From Camelus ferus (taxonomy: Eukaryota): 64,000 nt of DNA. Position 1 is the stretch's first letter, and the number at the start of each line of letters is the position of its first letter. The notes beneath the pieces are model-generated. The model saw only the letters and a program-made list of their open reading frames with translations. It ran no database searches and had not been told where the DNA came from. The position numbers and the translations under genes are program-made. Shown here piece after piece: positions 1-12,990 of the stretch. Location: NCBI RefSeq assembly GCF_009834535.1, contig NC_045696.1, positions 88,290,001 through 88,354,000 of the forward strand. Reading direction: 5' to 3'.

Positions 1-249
1 GAATGGAACCTTCATGATGAGATTAGTGTTCTTGTAAGAGGCTCCAGAGAGATCCCTTGTCCCTTCCACCATGTGAAGACACAGTGAGAAGGTGGCACTA
101 GGAACAGGAAGGGTGCCTTTTCCAGAATGCAGCTGTGCTGGTTCCTTGACCTTGGGCTACCCAGTCTCCAGAACTGTAAGAAATGAATTTCTGTTGTTTA
201 TACGCAGTCTGTGGTATTTTGTTATAAGGGTTCAAATGGACTAAGACAA
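1..249 (+). mobile_element. MaLR LTR (MLT1/MST-like), 3' part
   Basis: ccagtctccagaactgtaagaaatgaatttctgttgttta...ggactaagaca end. Confidence 0.8.
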
Positions 250-1312
250 TTGGATCACTTATTTATTTGCCAACCATTTCCCAACACTATTGGCTCAAAA
301 AGAACTTGAAGGCAAGGATAATTCCCTAGTCTGTTTTGTTTTAACTGATCATGGGCCACATTTTCCCTATCTTACCCCTGGACAATTGACTTTTTGAACT
401 GAAGAACAAGACTTTGTATTTTCCTAAGTTTTACCCTCAGTCATTTTTGGAACTTTGTAATCTGCTAAGTCTTTTACAACTCTACCCCATAACTTTGGCT
501 CATCAGAAAATTGAATCAGGCATATTTTCTATGACATAAATCAGATACACAAAAATGCTACAACAGTGAGGACAAAATGCAGAGCTCTGGGGCTCACCAC
601 TCAAGACCCACTCACCATCTTTGTGATGCTTCACTAATTACAAAACACTTTCACAAACATTATTTCATTTAATTCTTACAACTACCCTGTGGAAAAGATA
701 TTATTATCATTCTACATGTGAGAACAAAGATTCAGAAAGACTATCTGACTTGCCTGATGTGACAGAGTAATAAATAAATAAAATAGGAAATAAGTCTTAA
801 GGCTTCTGACTCTGTTTCCTGGGCTTTTTCAGAGACAGAGGTTTAAATACAGTGATTAAGCTAATCTCTTTTTCCTTTTTTTCTCCCCCACATGGATATC
901 AACAAAGACTAGTTAAAACCAAGAAATATTTTCTACAAACAAAATCTTTCCCAGAAACCCAGTGTATAAAGCAGACTAAAAGCAGGCTACTCTGCTAAAA
1001 GCGAGATGGGAGGGTCTTAGCTTCTGTCTCTTTGTCCCACCTGGGGCCTCCCTGCAACCCTTCTATGGATGGTAATGTGCACCTTATAGTCCTCAGAGTC
1101 CATTAAGGACAATGACATGTCCTCAATACTACAACCTTCTCTAAAAATAAATTTTCAAATGAGGCTAACTTGTCATGCTTTGTTTTTATACTACATGCAA
1201 GAATTTTGTGAGAGATTATCCATCTAAGAGGTTTAATCATCTTTAACATGGAATAGAGTTGTTCTCAAGTTTGAAGGCATCTTTGGATTTAATTGAAATC
1301 TTAATTTCACAG

Positions 1313-1409
1313 ATGAAGAAACTGCAACCCAGAGAGGAGAAGTAACGCACACGGAATCATTTCTCGAAGGAGCAAGGACAAGAACCCAGACCTGGACCCT
1401 CCTAGGCAG
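1313..1409 (+). other. SPTSSB: Probable non-coding 5'UTR exon of SPTSSB derived from an antisense MIR
   Basis: Acceptor aatttcacAG|ATG at 1311-1312. Candidate donors TAG|GCAGGT (after 1405) and CAG|GTAGAT (after 1409). The sequence matches the reverse MIR core (acagatgaagaaactg...cagagagg..aagtaac). Confidence 0.55.
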
Positions 1410-3171
1410 GTAGATTCTTCTCATTATATCAAGGAATCTCACTTTTAGAAATCTGCCCCTTTCTGATTACAAGATGACATCTTTAATAAGAGGGAGCTTC
1501 TGGTTGTTGCTTAAGCAACCAAGAAACATTTATGATAGACTCGATATTATCATGGCATTTAAGATGATACAAAGGAGTAAAATGTGGCAATTAACTTTAG
1601 TAACAAGGCCTCAAAACAGTGGTTCTTAGTTTACAGACATGACAGTCTCCTTTGAAGTGTATACTGAAAATGTTTATGCAAAATTTGCAAACATTTCAAG
1701 TAGTTCACAGATTCATTCTCCCCCCCCCCCCCCCAAGTTCTTGGCCTCCTGGTTAGGAACTTCTGGCCAATCCCAGTACAAGTGCCAGTGTCAGGATTAC
1801 ATAGCACCAGCTGCTATCTGATTTGTGGGTCTGCTGGTTAAAGTTGCTTCTGTTTTGGCATCCTTCATTTTTTATTTAAATGGAGCAGCATCTTACTCTG
1901 GAAGACCTTTGATATAAGACAGGAGTAAATTTTTCAGTAAGTATTTAGTTAACCAGAGAGGACAAATTAAGAGAGAAATAGGATAAAATAAAAACATTTT
2001 CTTAAAAAATGTTAATAAGAGTAAGGCTGGTCAGTGTTCATATGGGACATTTGTTTTCTTTCTGCTTATTTTATTTTTAAGAAAGAAAGAAAGAGAAATA
2101 GAATGAAAAAAAGAAAAACACCTAGATTACCACTAGCCACCAACCCACTTTTATTAAATCTATAGTAAATGGAAAAAATTTAAAAAGAGGAGAGGGTGTG
2201 GACAAAAAGAAACAGATTTATCTTCTGAATGATTGTTTCTTAATCCATCCTTTTTGCTGTAATGTTTTAAGAGATTTATGGTTCTGAAACAGTTGGCAAC
2301 AATTTCTTCATTTCAAAAGAGTTCAGGAAGCTTCACTTACTCTAAAGTTACTGACAATGAAGCCTGATTTTACTAATTCAAAAAATACCCTGTTGGGCAC
2401 AGCATTTGTAAAGGCATTTGGTGTGATAGAAAGACCACTTTGGAGTGAGAGAACCCTAAGACTATATCCCAGTGTTCCTTCCTCCTTGGCTACTGACAGT
2501 AGGTGAGGTATGAATACACAGTGAGTCTCAGTGTTCTCATCTTTGAAATGAGGAAATGTATTTTTTTTTCTCTCCTTTCTGATGGCAACACCAGAACTGA
2601 ATAAACGTTCTGAAGACTGATCTCTCTAAAAGTAGCTTCTATCTTAATAACTGGTAAAGTCCACCCATTCTGCCTTAAAAAATGATCTCATTCTTTTTTT
2701 TTTTCTTTGCCTGGTATTCATAGCCTTAGCAATAATATATCAGTATAGTATATAATAATCATAACAATTACCATTCCTTGAAGGCCTTCCCATGTATGAT
2801 TCTAAATACTTTCCAACTCCTAATCTTCCCAGAAACTGTATGAATGAAGTTCTATTATCATTCCTTTTTTTTTTTTTCCAGTAGAGGAAGTGGAGTCAAA
2901 TGGGTTGAGCAACTCAGCCAGGGCCAAATCCAGACAGCACCCAGAGCCAGAGCTCATGACTACTTAGCACACTGCCTCTTGGCAGGATTAACACCCAGCT
3001 CCCCATGTGGTCACAGTGAGACTCTGGGCCTCAATTTCTTCATTTTTAAAATAGGAATCATTTAAGTTTAGCATTTAGTCAGTGCTTCCCATAGTGGTAC
3101 TTAATAAATGCTGTTTCTGTTTTCTGGAGAGAACTCCACATTGTAAGAGTCCAGTATTTTTAAGGAAGAGA

Positions 3172-3597
3172 TCTGAATTCATTCCCTGGGTCTGCTGAAA
3201 CAAAGTACCACAAAGTTGGTAGCTTAAAACAGGAGAAAATTGTTCTCTGATAGTTCTGGAAGCTAGAAGTCTGAAATCAAGATGTCAGCAGGGCTGCGCT
3301 CCCTCCAAAGGCTCTAGGGGAAAATTCTCCTTTGCCTCTTCCAGCTTCTAATGGTGTCTTGGCTTATGGCTACATAATTCCAATCTGCCTCTGTCTTTGC
3401 TAACCTTCTCCTCTGTGTCTGTCTTCTGAGGACACTTATCATGGGATGTAGGATTGACATGGGTAATCCAGGATGAGCTCTTGCCAAGATCTGTAACTTA
3501 ATTACATCTACAAAGACACTTGTCCCAAATAAGGTCACATTCACAAGTTCCAGGATATGGACCTATCTTTTGGAGGCCCATCATTCAACCTATTACA
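3172..3597 (-). mobile_element. MaLR LTR (MLT1-type)
   Basis: aaagtaccacaaa..ggtagcttaaaac...gttctggaagctagaagtctgaaatcaag...attcaacctattaca. Confidence 0.85.
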
Positions 3598-4587
3598 GAA
3601 TTTAACTCCAAATATTTTTCTGACTTGGCAGATTTCCTCTTGTATTCTTGACAAACAAGTCCACATTTATTCCAATAGATAAAAGAACATTTCCTTTCAC
3701 CCAGTTTAAGCCTATAGTTAAATTGGTTTCAAAATCTATTGGTTGAAAATATTTTTCTTAATACTCCCAGTGCCATTAGCCTTCTTCACATTTACTTGAG
3801 AATCAACAAAGTTCTTAGGAAACAAAACAATTGTTTTGAAAAGAACAAGCTTGGAGCTAGGCCCTTTTCCACTTTTCCCGAGGCTCATGCAGGTACCCAT
3901 GTACTTGGGAGCAGGTGAAACTGAATGAAGCAAACATAGTTTGTCTACACCGTTCTGTGCAGAAGAATGAGAAATCCACTTGGCTAAATTGTCATTGAGA
4001 TGTTTTTCTTCTAGTGTATCATTTAAGAAACTCACTTCTGTAAACTGACTATAACTCAATAAAAAAAATTAATAAATTAAATAATAAATAAATAAACCTT
4101 TAAAAAAAGACATTCACTTCTAAGTACCAGATTATAAAATTTAATTAATTTAATTGCCTGAAAGCAACAACATGTTTTAACATAACTCTAACTCCTGCCT
4201 TTCCCTCCTCACCTCACCCTACCACCCCCCAATAAACTAGCTGACCTAGAATGTTAACCAGCCCAGTAGGGAAATGTCCCATGATCTGGGGGTTGGCAGA
4301 GAGAACACCTCAACAATGCTGTGTCTATTTCCATGGCCCTTGGAGTCAGCCTAGCTCTCCACTTATTTTCCTAAAAGCAATAATAACTCAGATACAGAAG
4401 CAGGTCAGCTGAGGGCAGGAGAAAAAAAAAAAAAAAAGCAACAGACTATGTTACTATTGTCACACACATACAAAATCACATCTATGAAAGTTTCAGTGTT
4501 GCTGCTCATCAAAATAAGAAAAATACCAAAATCTTCACTGGAAGATTTCCAGACAGTATAATAAAAAATAAAGAATAAACCAGAAGT

Positions 4588-4700
4588 GGGGGAGGGAGCT
4601 CTCAAGTGGTAGAGTGCATGCTTAACATACACGAGGTCCTGAGTTCAATCCCCAGTACTTCCTCTATAAATAAATAAATAAACCTAATTACCTCACCCCA

Positions 4701-4757
<57 letters not shown>
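4588..4757 (+). mobile_element. tRNA-derived SINE (camelid vic-1-like)
   Basis: A/B-box-like ctcaagtggtagag...gttcaatccc, (TAAA)n tail, perfect 16-bp TSD aagaataaaccagaag (4571-4586 / 4758-4773). Confidence 0.85.
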
Positions 4758-4759
<2 letters not shown>

Positions 4760-5349
4760 GAATAAACCAGAAGAATGAGACAGAAGAGGAGAAGACAAAG
4801 GACAGAAAAATAAACAAAAGCAAAGACATTTTATGAGCAAGTCTATTCAATGCTACTCAAAAAATTACAAGGAAAACAGAAAATTAGTACTAGAAAATAC
4901 TACTGGAAGAGTCTTGGTTGACCAGCTGCCTATGAAACTAGATTTCCTTTAGCAGAACACTGGGAGTAAGTGCTCAGCAAGTAGAAATCAGCATGGCAGT
5001 AACTCACCCTCCCTGCTCAAGTTTTTCCCTGGGGAAAAAAGTCCTCTATTTCTGAAGACATATCAAATATAATGATGATAGGCAGGGATGAGACAATGGC
5101 TTGACTTTTGTGTGTGTGTGTGTGTGTGTGTGTGGTCAGGCTTCTAGCTCCTGAGAAAATCAGGCCTTTAGAAACACTGTTCAGACTATTTTAAAGTATA
5201 TTTTAAAATTTTAGTCCCTCTTATTGTTTTGCTGTACACCTGAAATTAACATTGTAAATCAACTACAATTCAACAAAAAAAAATAAGATTTAAAAAACAT
5301 TCAGTTCCTTCTTAGTTTTTAGAGTTATTCATTATCAATGAATATTTAA

Positions 5350-5822
5350 TTTAAAAATTGTAAATTGCAGGAAGATATCGTAACATTAAAATTTACCATC
5401 TTAGCCATTTTTACACATACCACTCAGTAATATTAAGTATATTCACATTGTTGTGCAACCAGTCTTCAGAATGTTTTCATCTTGCAAAACTGAAACTTCA
5501 TACCCATTGAAAAACAACTCTCAATTTCTCCCTTTCTCCAATCCCTGGTAGCCACTATTCTACTTTGTTTCTATGAGCTTGACTCCTCTAGATGTCTCAG
5601 ATAAGGGAAATCATACAGCGCTTGTCTTTTTGGTTTATTTCACTTGGCACAATGTCCTCAAGGTTCATCTATGTTGTAGCCTGCATTAGAATTTCCTTAT
5701 TTTTAAAATATAAATAATATTCCATTGTATGTATATACTACATTTTGTTTACCCATTCATCTGCCAATGGACTTTTGGGTTGCTTTTGGCTATTGTAAAT
5801 AATGCGCTTTAACACGTGTGTA
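5350..5822 (-). mobile_element. Old L1 (L1MB-like) 3' end
   Basis: Antisense L1 3'UTR motifs (attcacattgttgtgcaacc, aataatattccattgtatg, ttggctattgtaaataatgc). Confidence 0.8.
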
Positions 5823-6988
5823 CATTTAATGACTTTTTAAAAATGATTGTTAATGACTTTAAGGCCACTGTTAGTGTGGTAGCTCTGTTCACTTTCTACT
5901 TCTAAAAACAAATTGGCAGTCCTGGGGAACAAAATCTTCAGAAGGAAAAAGCCACCTGGAAGCTATACTCTTTCCTCTTTCCTTCTTTTTGGGATAACAG
6001 GGTTTCTTTTCTTTCTTTCCTTTTTAAAATAAAATAGTAATAAAGAGGCTTATCCTGGGAAATGGCATTAAAGTTTAAAACTTAGTCCAGAAGCCCTACT
6101 CTCCACTCCAAACTGGGCAGAACTAAAGAAGGATACTTGCCCTGCTTCTGTATGAGTCAATGAAAGCACACCAGGAGCAAGGCAAGATATATCATTCCTG
6201 TTACTAATTTCTCTTCTTATTCATAACATCTACTCAGCAGTGTACTTGCTGCTCTTTTCTAGTTTCACTATGTATATCTCTCCTTTTTAATGGCCAACGT
6301 GACATTGCAATTGATCTAATCAGAACTTAGTGTTTCCTAAATTATTGTGAAATTTTCTGTTAAAGTGAAATTCCAAATTTTCTTTCCCAGCTAGAAGTCT
6401 TTCATTCATAAATCTCTTTAGAGTCTTTCATAAGATGCCACACAACAAGGACTGCTTTGAAAATACAGTTACACAATGGATAGTTGGACTGGAAATACAT
6501 GTTTTCTATTGTTCTGCTTTTATTGGAAGCAGTAAGTCTGGATCAGATACAAAAACACTACTCTTGTCTGTAAGTCAAACCAACACAGTACCAACAACAA
6601 CTTGGCTAAATTGTTATAAGATTATAAAACTTAGAGTAACTTAGTTGCCTAAAAGCAGAAACATGCTTTGACTTGCAACTATTTGTTTATTCCTCTCTGA
6701 GAAGTCTATAAAATTGTCCAGCTAATTAATGAATGTGTAAAGAAAGTTCCTTAATTGCCCTATGGCTGTTTGATTTTCTTCTCTGGCTTTGATTTATCAG
6801 ACTTTTAAGTTGACTTTTTTTTTTAGCTCCCTTTAAAGACTTGGACTTCAGATCCATTATTTCTGGCCTGATTTCCAATATTTACCTCGGTATCAGCATG
6901 AGAAATTGCTTGCCAGAGGATGACTAGAAAGTATTCTAAGATGAAAAGAAAATCCTTGGAAAATGCTAAGCAAGAATAGAACCTTCTG

Positions 6989-7216
6989 ATAAACAAGATT
7001 ATACTGTATAGCACAGGGAAATATATACAAGATCTTGTGGTGGCTCATAGCGAAAAAAAAAATGTGACAATGAATATATGTATGTTCATGTATAACTGAA
7101 AAATTGTGCTCTACACTGGAATTTGACATAACATTGTAAAATCACTATAACTCAATAAAAAAAAGTTTAAAAGAAAAGAAAAGAAAAGAAATTACACAAT
7201 AAAGTAAAAAAAAAAA
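6989..7216 (+). mobile_element. Young L1 3'-end fragment
   Basis: ctgtatagcacaggga...ctataactcaataaa plus A-rich tail; TSD aagaatagaac(c/t)ttctg (6972-6988 / 7217-7233). Confidence 0.85.
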
Positions 7217-7413
7217 AAGAATAGAACTTTCTGTGGGACACAGAAAATGGAGTCACCCACAGAAAACTTAGAGCAAAATATATGGAAACTGGGAAGTCAA
7301 TAAACTACTATTGTGTCTGATTCTTACACAGACACAATATGAGGTTTTGCCTTTAATCATACAAACTTTGTATCTTTGTGAATCAAACTGTGTTCACATA
7401 AAGAAGCAGTTTG

Positions 7414-7781
7414 TGATTAGGACCCGAATATAAGAACCATGACATAAGGTTACACAGCGCTCAGCCCACACAATGGTATGTGGTGGCCCTACCTAGCACA
7501 ATTGTTTAAAAATTTGTGTAAAGATTGCAATGCCTTTCAAATAGCGGTTTGTGGTAATGGCTATATACAAATATTGTTTTATTATTTTTTAATGTACTAG
7601 GCAATTCAATTAGCAAACCTAAATCAGGGGTGGTATTTTTTTCCCTGTAAAATATACAAGGCACACCATTGTTGAGGTAACCGTTATAGAATATTCCATG
7701 AAGACTTTCTGACTCCACAATTTAATAAAATCTTGCAAGCAGTTTAAAGTTGTACCAGTCCACGAGGAACAACAGTAAACA
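7414..7781. repeat. Probable MER121 ancient conserved element in the SPTSSB intron
   Basis: Core cctttcaaatagcggtttg...atacaaatattgttttattatt...ggcaattcaattagcaaa...caccattgttgaggtaacc resembles MER121 as recalled; not verified by search. Confidence 0.55.
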
Positions 7782-8756
7782 CTACTATTACTGTTACTAT
7801 GACACTTACAATTATTTCTGAAGAGCTCACAAACTATTCCTACATTTCTTATCACATCACTGAGACAGACTTAGAGGCAATTATCAATTATCATCTTCAT
7901 TTTACACAGAGAAGCTGTGACACAGAAAGATTTTGGAACTTGCCCAAGGACACAAAGTAAAATGAAACTATGAATCAACAAATGAAGAGAAATAAAGAGA
8001 AAGGAAAAGGATAAAGAGAAGAGAAAAGAAAAAAGCCACAGTAGAATTTAGAACTTCAGATGTTCTCATCCTGGGATTTTTTTTTTTTTTCTTCTTCATT
8101 AGAACCACTTTTCTACCTACCAGTCTTAAATTCCAACTCACCTGGAGTAAACCCCTGTAAAAGCCATTTTAATGGGATTTAAAACCACTTCACAAGTGTT
8201 TTTCATGCCCCCCCCAGAGTTCATGAACTTTTAATAGTATGAGAAAATGAAAAAGTATTTGTTATAATAAAAAAATTAGTACAACTCCCTTGTATCCTAC
8301 AAAAGGCAGATTGCACTGAAATTTCAGAAAACAGTCTGTATAAAACTCATCGCTTGAAAATAGACCATGAGAATTCATAAGTACCTTCAATGTGCCCCAC
8401 ATTGTGCTATGGAGATATTATTTAAGTACAAGTCTGCTCCCTGCCTTCAACATCCTTACAATTCAATCAGTCAGCCAGCCAACCAGTTCATCGGTGCATA
8501 AGTATCCCATTCCAGGCACTGGGGACAAAGAGATGATGATGGCATCTTCCCAGTATTTAAACCTCTCATAGTCTAGTGGGGAAACACTGTACGTGGCTAA
8601 TTATAATACAGTATAAATGCTACAATAGTAACCCATAAAAGAAAATAATACACTTTCCTTAGGAAGAGTGGTCTCCTGAGAATATTTCATAGAAGAGAGA
8701 AGATAGGAGTTATGCCTTGAAAGTAAATAGGATTTTTATCTAACAGAAAAGGGCAA

Positions 8757-8945
8757 GGGAGGGTATTGTGGCAGAGTACATGCCTAGCATGCACAAGGTC
8801 CTGGTTTCAATCCCCAGTACCTTTACTAAAATAACTAAATAAATAAACCTACTTACCTCCCCCTTCAAAACCAAACCAAAAAAAAAAAAAAAAAAAAAAA
8901 CCAAAAACCCCACAAACAAAATAAATAAAATATTTTTTTTTAAAA
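8757..8945 (+). mobile_element. tRNA-derived SINE (vic-1-like)
   Basis: Homologous to the 4588 copy (tcaatccccagtac...aaataaataaaccta.ttacctc), A-rich tail. Confidence 0.8.
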
Positions 8946-9024
8946 AGAAAAGAGAAACAAAAATATTTCTAGAAAAGAAAAGAGGATGAACTAAAACATG
9001 GAAGATTAAGAGTGAGTAGCAGGC

Positions 9025-9463
9025 ATACAGCATGGGTGGACTTGGAGGGCATTGTGCTAAGAGAAATAAGTCAGACAAAGACAAATACTGTAAGATATCA
9101 CTTACACGTGGAGTCTAAAAAAATACAACAAACTAGTGAGTATAACAGAAAAGAAACAGACTCACAGATGTAGAGAAGGAACTAGTGGTTACCAGTGGGG
9201 AGAGGAAAGGGGGAGGAGCAAGATGGAGGTAGAGGATTATGAAGTACAAACTATCAGGTATAAAATAAGCAACAAGGATATATTGTACCATGAGGAATAG
9301 AGCCAATATTTTATAATAACTATAAATGGAGTATAACCTTTAAAAATTATGAATTACTATATTGTATACCTATAACATATAATATTATATATTAACTATA
9401 ATTCCATTTTAATATATGATATTGTAAACTAAATACACAAATAAATTTTAAAATGAAAAAAAA
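9025..9463 (+). mobile_element. L1 3'-end fragment
   Basis: gaaataagtcagacaaagacaaatactg...gtggttaccagtgggg, typical L1 3'UTR. Confidence 0.8.
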
Positions 9464-9710
9464 GTGAATGGCATTTAGCAGGAGAGTTCAGAGATGATGT
9501 AGGAGAGGTGGAGGAATCCAGCTGTGAAGGGCCTCAAATGAATGATTCATTTCATAGGACATGGAGCACCACTGAAGGGCTTCAAGCAGAAAAATAAATC
9601 CATAATTTTAGAAAGTTAATTCCAGCAGAGGCATGGAAGATTATAAGGTGAAAAGGAGACAAGCTGTAGGCCATTTCATTAGTCCAAGCAAGAGATGGAG
9701 AGAGCCCAAA

Positions 9711-9856
9711 AGCACTGCCCAATAACATTTTCTGCAGATGGAAATATTCTGTTTGTGCTGTCCAATATGGTAGCCATAAGCCACATGTGGCTCTTGAGCA
9801 CTAAAAATTTTAATTGCCACATGTGGCTAGTGTCTACCAACCTGGACCATGCAGAG
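9711..9856. mobile_element. MER3/MER33-like hAT-Charlie MITE
   Basis: gctgtccaatatggtagcca..agccacatgtggct repeated palindromic core. Confidence 0.75.
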
Positions 9857-10344
9857 ACTTCTTGAAGAAGTTAGCATTTGAGTTAAGCATTAAAGGAGGG
9901 TTTTTCCAACTGCAGGTTGCAATTGGCATGTTAAGAAATCAATGCGGTAGCTCATAATTGGGGTATTTTGTAATGAATGATGAGAATAACATAGAACACA
10001 GCAGAATAGAATCAAATCAAATGGAATAGAACAGAATGGAAATAAAACATCAGCGTGAACTGCAGCATATTATTTTGAGAGATGTCTATCTCAGTTACAT
10101 AGCTATGTGTATGTGTGCGTACCCTGGATCACAAGGTAAAATGTACTTTTCCTCTCTGCTGGGTTTGAAGATGTTTGAAATCCAGTCCTTTAGGGAAGGC
10201 TATTATTTAACTACATTCAGAGTTAATAGGAAGTATCTTCCAGAAGGGAAGAACAGCATAAGCAAAGTTCACTGGAGCTTGGAATGGGGATAACTCTGGA
10301 CTTTTCAAGACTTTTCTAATTATTTTTTTACCTTCAAAAAAAAA

Positions 10345-10975
10345 ACTAACAGACTTTATTGCTTAGAACATTTTTAGACTTACAGAAAACTGAGGCACGA
10401 ATAAAGAGAATTACCACGTAGCCTGTGCCCAGTTTCTGCTATTAACAGCTTACATTAGTATGCCATGTGTTACAATTAATGAGCCAATATTGATACACTA
10501 TCATTAAAGCCAATACATTACTCAGATTTACTTAGTTTTTACCTAAAATCCTTCATCAGCTGCAGGATTCCATCCAGCCTAACACATTACATTTAGTTGT
10601 CTTGTTTCCTTAGGCAGCTCCTTTGGGCTGTGAGTGTTTTTCACACTTTGCTTGTTTCTGATGACCTTGAGAGTTTCAAGCAGTACTAAGCGAATTTTAA
10701 GGCCAGGTATTTTCTAAGAGGCTTCTCTGTTGAAATTTGTCTGATGTTTTTTTCTCATGATTAGACTGAAGCTGTGGGCTTGGGGGAGGAAGACCACAGA
10801 AGCAAAGTGCCATTTTCATACCATGATATCCTGGAAACATACTGTCAACATCATTGCTGATGCTGGCTTTGATGAGCGGGCTGAGGAAGCGCCTATCAGT
10901 TTCCTCCTCTGTGAATTTACTCGTTTTTATCACCCTTTTCCACACTGCACTCTTTGGAAGGAAATCACTCTGCTC
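10345..10975 (-). mobile_element. Old L1 (L1MC/MD-like) 3' end
   Basis: Resembles ancient L1 3'UTR; homologous to 30855-31856. Confidence 0.6.
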
Positions 10976-12829
10976 CTTCTTTAAATGAATTACTTCATTA
11001 AAGGAAGGCTTGAATTTGAGTAAGTCATATTGAGCTCTTTCCAAAGAAAGCTACTTCTGAGCACAGACACATTCTCTTTTTAGATACAGCCTCTCTCTGC
11101 AGCAGCAGGCAGGACACTTTTTCCATTTCTCAGATTTTTAGGTTTCAAAGATGAAACACAACAAAAGCTGAGTAATTGAGGTAGAATTCCAAAACAAGTT
11201 GGGAAGGAGTTAACCTCAAATCGATTGGAGGTCCTGCTGACTTTTCTCTTTAGCCCCAGCTTCTGACATTTTAGAAGGAAATTTAGACCAAAATGTGTTA
11301 GGGTTTTTTTTCCCGCCTCAGAAGGAAAGATTCATTTTTAGCTAATGTTTAGAAAGAGAAATCCCTTACTTAGAAAATCCAGTAATTTGGAGGACTTTCT
11401 TTAGGCAGAGGAGGGCTGCAGAATCGGGTCCTTTGCAGGATTCCCAAGGTATCAAAAAACCCACTACCTATCTTTCGTTGCACTTGCCTGACTTTTTACC
11501 ATTCCTGTTCCCGTGAACAGAAACCAAAAACAAAGGGCCTCCTGAGCAAGCTCAGCCTCTAATGTTGTCACTGCCCTGCACATTCCCCCTACAGTGCTCT
11601 CCTCTTGTGACTCCTACACACGGGTTCACGCAAACACGTGGGGTTTTTTGTTTGTTTGTTTGTTTTTTGCTGTTTATTCAAACTTTCCTCTCTGTTCAGG
11701 CCAGAACAAAGCCTTGCCCCTGAGTAATGTGGATCACAATTCCAGGACTTCTCTCTCTTATTCTGGGAGAGGAGATGAAACTTTATCTTTCCCCACTGTA
11801 TACAAATCTAGTGAGAGAAAAAAAAAAAAAAACAAAAAAAAAACTTGGTGCCAAAATTCAGAAGTAAAAAATTGCGGCTTACTCTCCAATCAATTATGAG
11901 ATCACTTCCTAGAGGAATTCCAAGTCCTTCCTGTTTTCTCCTGTCATTAGGTCCCCATTTAATCATTAGGTTCCCTTTAGAAATCATTCTCTCTCTGGTT
12001 CCCAAGACTCTCATAATCTTTCTCTAATAATCTCTTCCTTCTCCCTCTTTCTCCCCTCAACCTGGCAAAACTCTGCTTTGGGTCATTTACCCACGCTGTT
12101 GTACATCACGCACAAGAACCTTGGCTTTTGCCAGTTCCTGGTAATATTTACAGTCAATAGGCATTCAGACCTTCATTTGCCTAGAAGATAGTCTGAACTG
12201 TGGGATTTCAGGGAAGAAGCTTGAGTGAGAGAAGAGAAGAGTCTGAAGAACCTGAGGGAGGGTGGCACTGAGGTCTTTCAGACACCCACACATTGATTCC
12301 AATGTCCTGCTCAACTCTGAGTCTTTGAAGACCACGGAAAACCTCCACTGGAATTTCTGTTTCTTCCATCCAGTGTCAATTCACAAAACACAGGGTATTC
12401 ACCACCTGGAATTGTCCAGTCACTTTAATTCAGTTTGACAAACAAATTTAATGTCAGTTTAATTTTAGTCCCATAGTCTTGGTCCTTTTCTTTAAAACGA
12501 GTGATTGGGTATAGGGGATTCTACAGTCTACACAGCCACTAACATTCTAGGACTCCACTGTAGCTAACTAATACACGTGGTAAATATTGTCTAAAATGTG
12601 TATTTGTAGAATATACTCAGCTGGATTATAATCCTGGGGGCAATAGCCATGACTGTCTCAATCACCATGGAATCTCCAGTTCTTAGCGCAATTGCCAGCA
12701 GGTTAATAATTATTTTCAATAAATAAAAGAAAACGAGGGAGGAAAGGTTTTTCTCCAGTGAGATTCCATCTTCCTACCTATGGACTTCCTCCATGTACAA
12801 ATCCCTTAAATTGATGCTTTGCTTGCATT

Positions 12830-12990
12830 TCTGCTAATCCTCACAGCAACCTTAAGAAGAGGGGATTATTATTTCCATTTACAGGTGACGAACCTGAGGC
12901 CCACCCAGAACAATTAAGTTAAGTGGGCCAAGGTCACACAGCCAGTAAGTGGAGAAGTCAGAACTTGAACCAGTGCCTATCCTTATTCCC
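12830..12990 (-). mobile_element. MIR SINE
   Basis: ccatttacaggtgacgaacctgaggccc...ccaaggtcacacagccagtaagtgg. Confidence 0.7.

Noticed and set aside
4588..4660. tRNA gene
   Set aside because: tRNA-like head of a SINE with an A-rich tail and TSD; no complete cloverleaf.
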